A stretch of 32,000 bases of DNA from assembly GCF_000018105.1 (NCBI RefSeq), contig NC_009925.1, positions 3,480,001 through 3,512,000 on the forward strand, read 5' to 3'. Positions within the stretch are counted from its first letter, which is position 1, and the number at the start of each line of letters is the position of its first letter. The notes beneath the pieces were generated by a model. The model saw nothing but the letters and a program-made list of their open reading frames with translations. It searched no databases and was not told the origin of the DNA. The DNA is from Acaryochloris marina MBIC11017. GTDB taxonomy: Bacteria; Cyanobacteriota; Cyanobacteriia; Thermosynechococcales; Thermosynechococcaceae. Of the stretch, positions 9,620-17,298 are shown in pieces. A program made the position numbers and the translations under genes.

Positions 9620-12004
9620 TCAAACGCCACAATAAGCAATGGTTACGCCTTTCCCACCATCAGCCTGTTCGGCAAATTCATAGCGAGAGACAAGGGGATG
9701 TTGCGATAAATAGGCTTGGACGCCTTGACGAAGTTTACCGGTACCATGACCGTGAATAATCCACAGGGGCCCCTGGGCCTTTGCGATCGCATCTTCAATC
9801 ACCACTTCGGCATCGGCGACTCTAGACCCCCGGATATCCAAGGTGTTCTTGGAGGTGCGAACCATGGGAGCCGAATTTTTAGGTGTATTGTCTCCTTTTT
9901 TAGGTGCACTATCCGTTTTCTTGGGGGGAGGTGCGACCTTCTCGCCCGTTAAGGACTCTATCTCCGTGGGCTTGACGGTCATTTTCATCATCCCAAACTT
10001 AACCACCAGCTCGTTGGTGGGCGTAATCTTAATCACGTCTGCCTTCTGGCCAATGCTGGGAATGCGAACCCGATCTCCGACTTGAGGTTGAAACCCCTTG
10101 GGAGGCGGCGCTTTGGGCTTGGTGCGCGAGGGAAGTCGCTGGTTGGCAATTTTTTCTAGACGTTCGGTGGCAACCTGGGCGGCAGGGGCGGACTTGGGCT
10201 GTTGTTGGAGGTCGCGAATCACTTGTGCGATCGCTTGTTTGGCTCGGCGAATTTCTTCTTGAATGGCTTTCTCTTGCTGCTGCCGCAGTTTTTGCTCTCG
10301 AACTTTCAGATCCGAAGCTTTCTTGGCCACTTGCTCATGGAGCTGTTCTGTACTTTGCAGCAGTTGGGCGGCGGCTTGAGCCTTAGTTTCCTGCTGACGA
10401 CGTTCAGTTTCTAACCCGGCAATCACCTGATTAACATCATCGGTTTCGCCATCCATCTGGGCCTGGGCTTGGGCGATTACCTGCTCATTTAGCCCCAATC
10501 GCTGGGCAATAATCAAGGCATTGGAGCGACCCGGAATCCCCCAGAGCAAACGATAGGTGGGCTGCAAGGTGGCATCATCAAATTCCACCGAGGCATTTTC
10601 AAATCGATTGTCTGTGTATTTCAGAGCTTTGAGTTCGCCAAAGTGGGTGGTGGCAATGGTGAGCTGAGCCTGATCGGCTAAGTATCGCAATAAGGCAATG
10701 GCTAGAGCACTTCCTTCTAAGGGGTCAGTACCTGCACCGACTTCGTCCAGCAGCACTAAAGATTGGTCAGTTAGTGCGGCAATAATCTCTTGAATTCGGC
10801 GAATATGACCGGAGAAGGTGGACAAACTTTGCTGCAATGATTGTTCATCGCCAATATCGGCCAGCACCTGATCAAACCAAGGTAGCTCCACCGGTTCTTG
10901 GGCAGGGACAAATAGTCCTACCTTTGCCATCAGAGTCGCTAAACCTAAGGTCTTTAGGGTAACGGTTTTACCGCCAGTATTCGGACCCGTAATCGCCACC
11001 ACGCGGATTTGAGGTTGAATGGTCACGTCAATGGCCACCACTTCGGGGCCTTGCTCATGCTGCTGTTGCCAGACTAGTAAAGGGTGGCGCAAACGTCGCA
11101 GGGTCAGGGTGTCTGCTGCGCGGTTGACAAAGCGGGGGCGATTGGCCTCTAACCAATAGCTATATCGGGCGCGGGCGGTGGCAAGGTCCACTAACGTCAC
11201 GATTTGTAGCAGGGCGTCTAAGTCTTCATGGACCTCTGCCACTTTTTCCGTGAGGGCTTGGCGGATGGCTTCGGCTTCTGCTTGTTCTTGGCGGGTGAGT
11301 TGCCGCAGCCGATTATTCAGCTCTACCGTGGCCTTTGGTTCAATATAGAGGGTGGCTCCACTGGTGGAAGCATCATGAACAATGCCGGGAACCGCATCTT
11401 TTTGGGGGGCTTTAACGGGCACCACAAACCGATTGCTGCGCTGGGTAATCAGTCGCTCTTGTAATGCCGCTCCCTTTCTCTGCAAAATTCGCTGCAAGAT
11501 GGTTTGGACGTCATTGCGGACCTGCCGCTGACGTTCACGAATCCCCATCAATTTTTCGCTGGCCCGGTCGGCAACTTCCCCTTGCTCATCAATACAGTGG
11601 CGGATTTCTTGCTCTAATTCAGGGTAGGTACGCAGGTCGGCCACCAACTGATTAAGACTGGTTAATTCGGGATAACGATTGATGAGGCGACGTAGGTTGC
11701 GGCTGCCTAACAGGGTTGTGGCAACCTGCAGTAGCTCTTCGCCTCTGAGAATGCCTTGACGTTGCGATCGCACCAATGCTGCTCGAATATCATGAATCCC
11801 CTCAAAGGTCAGTGCAGTCAAAAGCTGAGTTTCTAGGTCATAAACCTCTTGGGTTTGCTGCAATAGGGTTTCACTGGCTTCAACCGTATCAGGAATCGGC
11901 AGCTCAATTGCTGCGGCCACCCCTAACTTAGTTGCCGCAAAGGTTGACAGATGCTGGCATAATCGCTCCCACTCCAGCAGTTCTAAGGTTTTTTCAACAA
12001 TCAC
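9620..12004 (-). CDS. mutS2: endonuclease MutS2 (MutS-family ATPase with C-terminal Smr domain)
   Basis: Walker A GPNTGGKT, LLDEVGAGTDP, TTHFGELK, a long coiled-coil/KOW-like region, and a C-terminal Smr domain (LDIRGSRV ... IIHGHGTGKLR). Confidence 0.92.
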   Translation of the reverse strand: MIVEKTLELLEWERLCQHLSTFAATKLGVAAAIELPIPDTVEASETLLQQTQEVYDLETQLLTALTFEGIHDIRAALVRSQRQGILRGEELLQVATTLLGSRNLRRLINRYPELTSLNQLVADLRTYPELEQEIRHCIDEQGEVADRASEKLMGIRERQRQVRNDVQTILQRILQRKGAALQERLITQRSNRFVVPVKAPQKDAVPGIVHDASTSGATLYIEPKATVELNNRLRQLTRQEQAEAEAIRQALTEKVAEVHEDLDALLQIVTLVDLATARARYSYWLEANRPRFVNRAADTLTLRRLRHPLLVWQQQHEQGPEVVAIDVTIQPQIRVVAITGPNTGGKTVTLKTLGLATLMAKVGLFVPAQEPVELPWFDQVLADIGDEQSLQQSLSTFSGHIRRIQEIIAALTDQSLVLLDEVGAGTDPLEGSALAIALLRYLADQAQLTIATTHFGELKALKYTDNRFENASVEFDDATLQPTYRLLWGIPGRSNALIIAQRLGLNEQVIAQAQAQMDGETDDVNQVIAGLETERRQQETKAQAAAQLLQSTEQLHEQVAKKASDLKVREQKLRQQQEKAIQEEIRRAKQAIAQVIRDLQQQPKSAPAAQVATERLEKIANQRLPSRTKPKAPPPKGFQPQVGDRVRIPSIGQKADVIKITPTNELVVKFGMMKMTVKPTEIESLTGEKVAPPPKKTDSAPKKGDNTPKNSAPMVRTSKNTLDIRGSRVADAEVVIEDAIAKAQGPLWIIHGHGTGKLRQGVQAYLSQHPLVSRYEFAEQADGGKGVTIAYCGV

Positions 12005-12147
12005 AATGTCTTAATGCAAACCGATTCTCCACTTCTGTCATCGTAACAAGCAACCTCTGAGGTGAGGGGCACTGGAGATGAAATGGCTAAGGTTAAACGT
12101 AAGCAGTTTCTCGTTTTGAAGGCTGACAACCTACCCTTTGATCTCAA

Positions 12148-12942
12148 TTAAAGAGAACGCTGGATTCCCAATGTGACACGTACATCAGGAGAATCACTGG
12201 TGAGTCCCGCACCTGCGCCAATAGAAAATACAGTCAAAGGATCCAGTTGATGTCTTATGCCTAATTCCAGTAAATAAGCATCTGTATCAGCTTCTTTTTC
12301 CTGCTCAAATACAAAGTCTGACACCAGCATAGTATCGGAATTAATACGGCGGCTATAGCCCAAAATGGCAGAAAACTGATCTCGGCGCTCCCCAGCTTGA
12401 GGCGCAAAGTTATGGCTATAGCCGAGGTTTAAATGCAGCCGATCCATATTGGCATTGCCAATTGTCTTAGTGGCAAGTAGCCGAACGGTTGGATCAACAC
12501 TGGCACTCTCTGGTCCCGTCGGTAAATCTGCGCTCACAGAAATGGCAAAAGCTGGGACGGAAACTGATTCTGTATTGAAGTTATAGAACAGTTCTACACC
12601 TACATCTTCAATATTGTCTTCGCCCCCATCCCCAAATGAAAACGGGACTGAGATACGGGCTTGGGTATTTGGTGCAATCCCATATTCCAACCTAGGTTCG
12701 ATCAGCAGCCGATCTTCATTACCGTTGCGTTCATAGCGGAGTAGGCTTTGTACTTCTAAGCCTTTGTAGGGGATTGGATAGGCATCTTCAACTTCCGTGG
12801 GTAAACCTTCTTCCAGATTTAAGTGGTCGGCAGCCTGGGCTGGACTCATGCCCCAGATGGATAAGGTCAAGCTAAAGGTACAGCTCACTAGTAAAGACGG
12901 CGAAATACGCAAAATAACTACACTCCTTGTGTTAAAAAACAT
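12148..12942 (-). CDS. predicted outer-membrane beta-barrel protein (transporter / MetA-pathway-like family)
   Basis: Sec signal ending AQA|AD. Alternating hydrophobic beta-strand pattern throughout (VGVELFYNF, LHLNLGYSH, AYLLELGIRH, VRVTLGIQ). Lies 54 nt downstream of, and co-directional with, the Met/His-rich protein gene. The family assignment is from memory only. Confidence 0.55.
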   Translation of the reverse strand: MFFNTRSVVILRISPSLLVSCTFSLTLSIWGMSPAQAADHLNLEEGLPTEVEDAYPIPYKGLEVQSLLRYERNGNEDRLLIEPRLEYGIAPNTQARISVPFSFGDGGEDNIEDVGVELFYNFNTESVSVPAFAISVSADLPTGPESASVDPTVRLLATKTIGNANMDRLHLNLGYSHNFAPQAGERRDQFSAILGYSRRINSDTMLVSDFVFEQEKEADTDAYLLELGIRHQLDPLTVFSIGAGAGLTSDSPDVRVTLGIQRSL

Positions 12943-12996
12943 GCAAGCTTGAAGCCCAGATGCGGCTCTGGACCTAACTGGTTGAAACTAGGTTGC

Positions 12997-14535
12997 TTAC
13001 TGAGCTAATGCAATGCCTGAAGGTTCATCGCTCATGGGCATGGGTTCAACATCGGGCAGATTGCCATACTTCTGTTGCCATCCCTTGATCATCGCTTCTA
13101 CCATTACCGGGTTGATTGATCCAGGTTTCATGCCCTCATGGTGCATCTGCATTTGGGGCATCAGTGCCATCATGGCGTCCATAAATGATCCAGGAAGTTC
13201 GCCGTCTTGGATGCCTGGGGTGAGCTTCAGTTTGAGCTGGGCTTTCAACTGCTGATGCATTTGATGCATTTCTGGCGACATCCCATGCTGAGCCATGTTG
13301 TCGCTCTGGGACGTCATGCCCTCCTGCTGCATACTGCCATGCATCTCACTGTGGGAATGTTCGGTTCCTTGGTGTTTCATGATTGATGACATAGGATGCT
13401 GAGATCTGCTGCCTTGATGGTGAGCCATGCCCTGATGCTGCATTTCACTGGAGGGGGAAGATCTGTGCTGCATCATGACGGGCATCATTTCATCCAGCAT
13501 CTCGGTCATCATCCGGGTCATTTCACCATCAACCTCCTGAACCCACTCGTTGTAGTCCAGTGGGTTTACCTCTGGTTTCGTCAGTTCAAATTTACGAACT
13601 AGGTTTTCATCTCCTGGCTTATAGGCCATGGCACCCAAAACGCGGTAAAGCTCTGTGCGTTTCTGCTCAACGGTCCAGCCATCATAGGCAAAAATATCGT
13701 AGGTAATGCCGTGAAGCATATGAAGATTATCAAAGACGTTGGCGGTCTCGGGGGATAAGCGGCTGTAGCGTGGTGATAATTCCCAACTCAACAGCATCCG
13801 CCCTGGTGGGGCAGGAACGACTTGTTCACCAAACAGATCTTCCATCTGATTCATAAATTTATCTTGGGCATCGCCATTGCCGCTCATCATCATGGTCTCG
13901 TAAAGGGCAGGATGCCACCAGTGAGCAGCATAGAAGAAATTATTGTTCTTGGGGTAATAGTTGCGGGTCAACGCGAAGTAAGGCTTCATCATCACTGCTG
14001 CGCGCCGCATGGTCATATCTAAGGGCGCAGGACTTAAGGCAATATCCTTGTAGGTCTTGCGATAGTAGTCGTAAGTCTCCAGTAACTTTTCTTCTTTCTC
14101 ATGCCAAGCAATATCTTTGTCAGACATCACATCTTCGGTCATCTCGTGTAAGAGATGGACGGAATCTATGGTACGAAACAATCGCCAAGTGGCACGGGCT
14201 GCAAAGGGTGCAAACAACTCCATCGGTGGTTCAATCCGAGGAGGGCTTTCGTCGTAATCCAACACTTCTTGGTAGAGTTTGGCATCTTCTTGGGTGTGTT
14301 GTTTGAAAGGCGTCAGTAAGAGCACGTCATGCAATTTACTATGGGCAAAATGCAGCGCACTAGCGACCCGATAGCTACGGCGATGACGATTGTAGAAGGA
14401 CAGTTGATAGGACGTGCGGGGATGGGCGACAAGATTCCGTTGCTCAGCTGCTGCTGGGTTTGGAATTTGGCCAATGATTAAGGCTGCAGCAAAGGCTAAG
14501 GCCGCCAGTCGTTTGAAGGATTGTTGAGAGGGCAT
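12997..14535 (-). CDS. secreted protein with an unrecognised N-terminal domain and a C-terminal Met/His-rich tract (candidate periplasmic Cu(I)-type metal binder)
   Basis: Sec signal (LAALAFAAALIIGQIPNPAAA|EQ). Residues 338-486 are extremely Met/His rich (EMTRMMTEMLDEMMPVMMQH ... MHQMHQQ ... MPQMQMHHEGM). I recognise no family for residues 30-337. Confidence 0.7.
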   Translation of the reverse strand: MPSQQSFKRLAALAFAAALIIGQIPNPAAAEQRNLVAHPRTSYQLSFYNRHRRSYRVASALHFAHSKLHDVLLLTPFKQHTQEDAKLYQEVLDYDESPPRIEPPMELFAPFAARATWRLFRTIDSVHLLHEMTEDVMSDKDIAWHEKEEKLLETYDYYRKTYKDIALSPAPLDMTMRRAAVMMKPYFALTRNYYPKNNNFFYAAHWWHPALYETMMMSGNGDAQDKFMNQMEDLFGEQVVPAPPGRMLLSWELSPRYSRLSPETANVFDNLHMLHGITYDIFAYDGWTVEQKRTELYRVLGAMAYKPGDENLVRKFELTKPEVNPLDYNEWVQEVDGEMTRMMTEMLDEMMPVMMQHRSSPSSEMQHQGMAHHQGSRSQHPMSSIMKHQGTEHSHSEMHGSMQQEGMTSQSDNMAQHGMSPEMHQMHQQLKAQLKLKLTPGIQDGELPGSFMDAMMALMPQMQMHHEGMKPGSINPVMVEAMIKGWQQKYGNLPDVEPMPMSDEPSGIALAQ

Positions 14536-14696
14536 ATCGTTATTCAGGTGCTATGAGTCGTCTTGGGGCGTAATGGATCGATCCCTTCTAAAATCCTGGC
14601 AAAACAATATGAAATCAGAATGAGATGAAGAAATGCAGGAATCTTATTGGAGAAATGGCTGTACTTTAAACCTTGGATTCAACAGGTAAGTTTCGC

Positions 14697-16036
14697 TCAG
14701 GTAGGGAGAATCGGTAGATGGATCGTAAAAAGGCTGCCTTTACTAGGCTGGCTCTGCACCGTTATCTGTCCCTGATGTTTTTGGGCAATTGCCCAAGCGA
14801 TTGCCAGTCCTAAGCCTGAGCCGCCCGTTTGTCGGTTGCGATCGCAATCTACCCGATAAAACCGATCAAAGATTTTTTCCTGCTCCTCTTCAGCGATACC
14901 AACGCCTGTATCCTTCACCTGGAGAACAGCCTGCTGATCATTGTCAGCGAGTGAAAGGATAACCTGCCCCCCTCGGGTGTGTATTGAATGGCATTAATCA
15001 CCAAGTTAAACACTAAGCGATACAGCTGGGCCTCATCCCCAGTCATTTGCAAGCGCTGCTCAGCCTGAATCTCAGTGATGAGCTGAACCTGTCTATTCAA
15101 TGCTAAAGCTGCTAATTCCTCGGCAATGTCATGGACTAAATCCTGTACACAGCAGGAGCCAGTTGGATGAGTTTGAACTTGACGGTCCAAGCGGGTGAGC
15201 AACAGTAAGTCCTGAATTAATTGAGACAAACGCTGCTGCTGTCGATCCAAAACCTGCAACGTTTCGCGCGTCTCGACTTCTGAAAGGGGAGATGTATCCA
15301 AAACAGATTCCACCGTCGCTTGAGCGGCAGCAATTGGCGTCCGTAACTCATGGGCTGCATCTGCTGTGAACTGCTGCATTTGCTGGTAGGACTGACGAAT
15401 CGGTTGCATCGCTCGTCCAGCAAGCCACCAGCCTGCTAGGCCAACAAAGATCAAGGCTAGGGGTAAGCCCATAAACAGAATCAGTCTGACGGAGGCTAGA
15501 TATTGATCAGACTCCTTCAATGAACTTCCCACCTGCAGGTATCCCCAAAGGGGCGCATCAGGATTTTGCAAAGGGATAGTGATTTGGCGGTAGCGAATGT
15601 TGTCCTCGTCCTGAAGATATTGCCACGCTGTCGTAGACGAAGAGGATGCTAGACCGTTGGGTTTCAGCCCAGCTTTGGCAAGTAGTTTTTGGGAGCTATC
15701 TAAAATCCGAATGTAATAGCTGCCCTGAAACATCTCCCCCGGTGAATGTTCTGCAGCGCTAGCAGACGTTATGCAGGGTTTTGAGCTAACGCATGAATCC
15801 GGCAAAAAGCGCTGGGCACTGGTGGGAAGTTCGCCAGGTTGAATGAGCATTCGCTCTAAATTGTCGTGTAACCGACCTGCGATCGCTTGCAATTCTCGAT
15901 CTGCAGCCGTTCGATGGGCATGATCAATCGCCTCATAGACACCAAAGCCACTGAGGGTCAAAATAATACCCATCACCCCGGCATACCAGCTTGCCAACCG
16001 CCATCGGGTCTGACGAAATAACGTCCGCTCATTCAT
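14697..16036 (-). pseudogene. sensor histidine kinase split into two ORFs by a 1-nt frameshift in a C6 homopolymer (14967-14972)
   Basis: ORF 14915..16036 carries TM1, a periplasmic domain, TM2, HAMP, the H-box (FTADAAHELRTPI) and the N-box up to NAIQYTPEGG. The continuation QVILSLADNDQQAVLQVKDTGVGI ... GLGLAI is in the adjacent frame (ORF 14697..14918). One extra C in the run would restore a canonical HATPase_c domain. Confidence 0.8.
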
Positions 16037-16724
16037 GGGTTAGATGGAGACGATAACCCACCCCATAGACGGTCTCAATGGCATCGTCACAGCCCAGTTC
16101 AGCTAGCTTACGTCGCAGTTGACGCATAAGGGCAGCTACCACATTACTGATGGTGTCGGCTTCCGCGCCCCAAAGCTGGTTAAGGATCTGATCGCGACTC
16201 ACAATTTGTCGGGGATGCTGCATAAAATACTCTAAAAGCTGAAACTCTTTATGGGTCAACAAGACGCTCTGACCTTGTTCCTGATTCAGGATAGAGACAT
16301 TGTGGGTGCCATAGTCTAACGTGAGCGGCCCCACCTGAAGTTGTTGAGGCTGAAAATGGGGCGATCGTCGCTGCAGTGCCCGCAAACGGGCCAGTAATTC
16401 AATTTTGCGAAAGGGTTTAACCAGATAATCATCCGCTCCCGCATCCAGCCCTGTTGCGGTATCTTCCGGTTGATCCTTGGCGGTCAACATCAGGACGGGC
16501 AAAGGACTCTGCTGAGCCCGAAGTCGCTGGCACAGATCTATCCCGGACAATCCCGGCAATAACCAGTCGAAGATCGCCAGGGTGTACTGGGTCCACTGGC
16601 TTTCTAGATAGCCCCAAGCTTCCCTGCCATCTTTCGCCCAATCCACAATATAAGCTTCCTGGGTGAGAGTGCGCTGAATGGCAGCGCCCAGATCCGGTTC
16701 ATCTTCGACCAGTAATACTCGCAT
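16029..16724 (-). CDS. OmpR-family response regulator (winged-helix output)
   Basis: Receiver domain (VLLVEDEPDL, DWLLPGLSG, LTAKD, DDYLVKPF) plus winged helix (LTHKEFQLLEYFMQHP ... VYGVGYRL). The stop overlaps the kinase start (ATGAATGA). The start lies 5 nt after the merR stop. Confidence 0.9.
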   Translation of the reverse strand: MRVLLVEDEPDLGAAIQRTLTQEAYIVDWAKDGREAWGYLESQWTQYTLAIFDWLLPGLSGIDLCQRLRAQQSPLPVLMLTAKDQPEDTATGLDAGADDYLVKPFRKIELLARLRALQRRSPHFQPQQLQVGPLTLDYGTHNVSILNQEQGQSVLLTHKEFQLLEYFMQHPRQIVSRDQILNQLWGAEADTISNVVAALMRQLRRKLAELGCDDAIETVYGVGYRLHLTHE

Positions 16725-16729
16725 AAGCG

Positions 16730-17146
16730 TTACAAGGAAACGGTTGAAATCAAAGGACAGATATCACCGGGTTGAGGTCGGGGCTGGTTGGTGGCCCAGC
16801 GATCTCGATAGTGTTCCAATTCAGATTTAAAAGACATTATCTGCTGGATTTGATGGTCAAGCTGTTCAATCTTGCCTTGCAGCATCGACTGCACCCGTTC
16901 ACAAGGGATGTCCCCTTGTTGGTGAATATTGAGGATTTCTCGAATTTCCTCTAAGGAGAACCCCAAGGTTTGTGCCTTCTTGATAAACTGCACCTGCTGC
17001 ACGGTCTCTTGGGGATAATAGCGGTAGCCATTGTCTCCTCGATCCGAGTGAATTAACTCTAAGCTTTCGTAGTATCGTAACGCCCCAACAGCAACCCCAG
17101 TTTGCTGTCGAACCTCACCAATTTTCAGGCGTGTGGCTCTTGTCAT
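16730..17146 (-). CDS. MerR-family transcriptional regulator with only two cysteines (C82, C130)
   Basis: N-terminal MerR HTH (LKIGEVRQQTGVAVGALRYYESLELI, GYRYY), a coiled-coil dimerisation helix, C82 at the start of that helix, and a C-terminal GDICPLI loop reminiscent of the CueR DCPII loop. Confidence 0.88.
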   Translation of the reverse strand: MTRATRLKIGEVRQQTGVAVGALRYYESLELIHSDRGDNGYRYYPQETVQQVQFIKKAQTLGFSLEEIREILNIHQQGDIPCERVQSMLQGKIEQLDHQIQQIMSFKSELEHYRDRWATNQPRPQPGDICPLISTVSL

Positions 17147-17173
17147 CTTTTCGTTGAGTAGAAAACTACCTTT

Positions 17174-17205
17174 ACTTTAAACCCTACAGTCAACTGTAGG
17201 GTCAA
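17174..17205 (-). promoter_or_regulatory. MerR-type promoter/operator facing merR
   Basis: Read on the minus strand: TTGACC (complement of 17200-17205), then a 19-nt spacer (17181-17199), then TTAAAG/TAAAGT (17174-17180). The spacer sits inside the perfect dyad ACCCTACAG-TCAA-CTGTAGGGT (17181-17202). Confidence 0.6.
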
Positions 17206-17236
17206 GCCCATCACCCAGGTGCGCGATATTTGCCCC

Positions 17237-17268
17237 TTGACTCTCTAGTCAACTGTAGGGTTTAGCCT
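17237..17268 (+). promoter_or_regulatory. MerR-type promoter/operator facing the Grx-MauE gene
   Basis: TTGACT (17237-17242), then a 19-nt spacer CTCTAGTCAACTGTAGGGT (17243-17261), then TTAGCC/TAGCCT (17262-17268). The spacer repeats the 15-mer AGTCAACTGTAGGGT of the first operator. GGAGG lies at 17291-17295, ahead of the start codon. Confidence 0.6.
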
Positions 17269-17298
17269 ATGAATGACTCCAATCGTACAGGGAGGTGA

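Noticed and set aside
12083-12151. 22-codon plus-strand ORF (MAKVKRKQFLVLKADNLPFDLN) with GGAG 5 nt upstream, between mutS2 and the OM barrel gene.
   Set aside because: It is too short to evaluate without conservation data and has no recognisable peptide class. Its stop merely overlaps the palindromic TTAA at the barrel gene stop.
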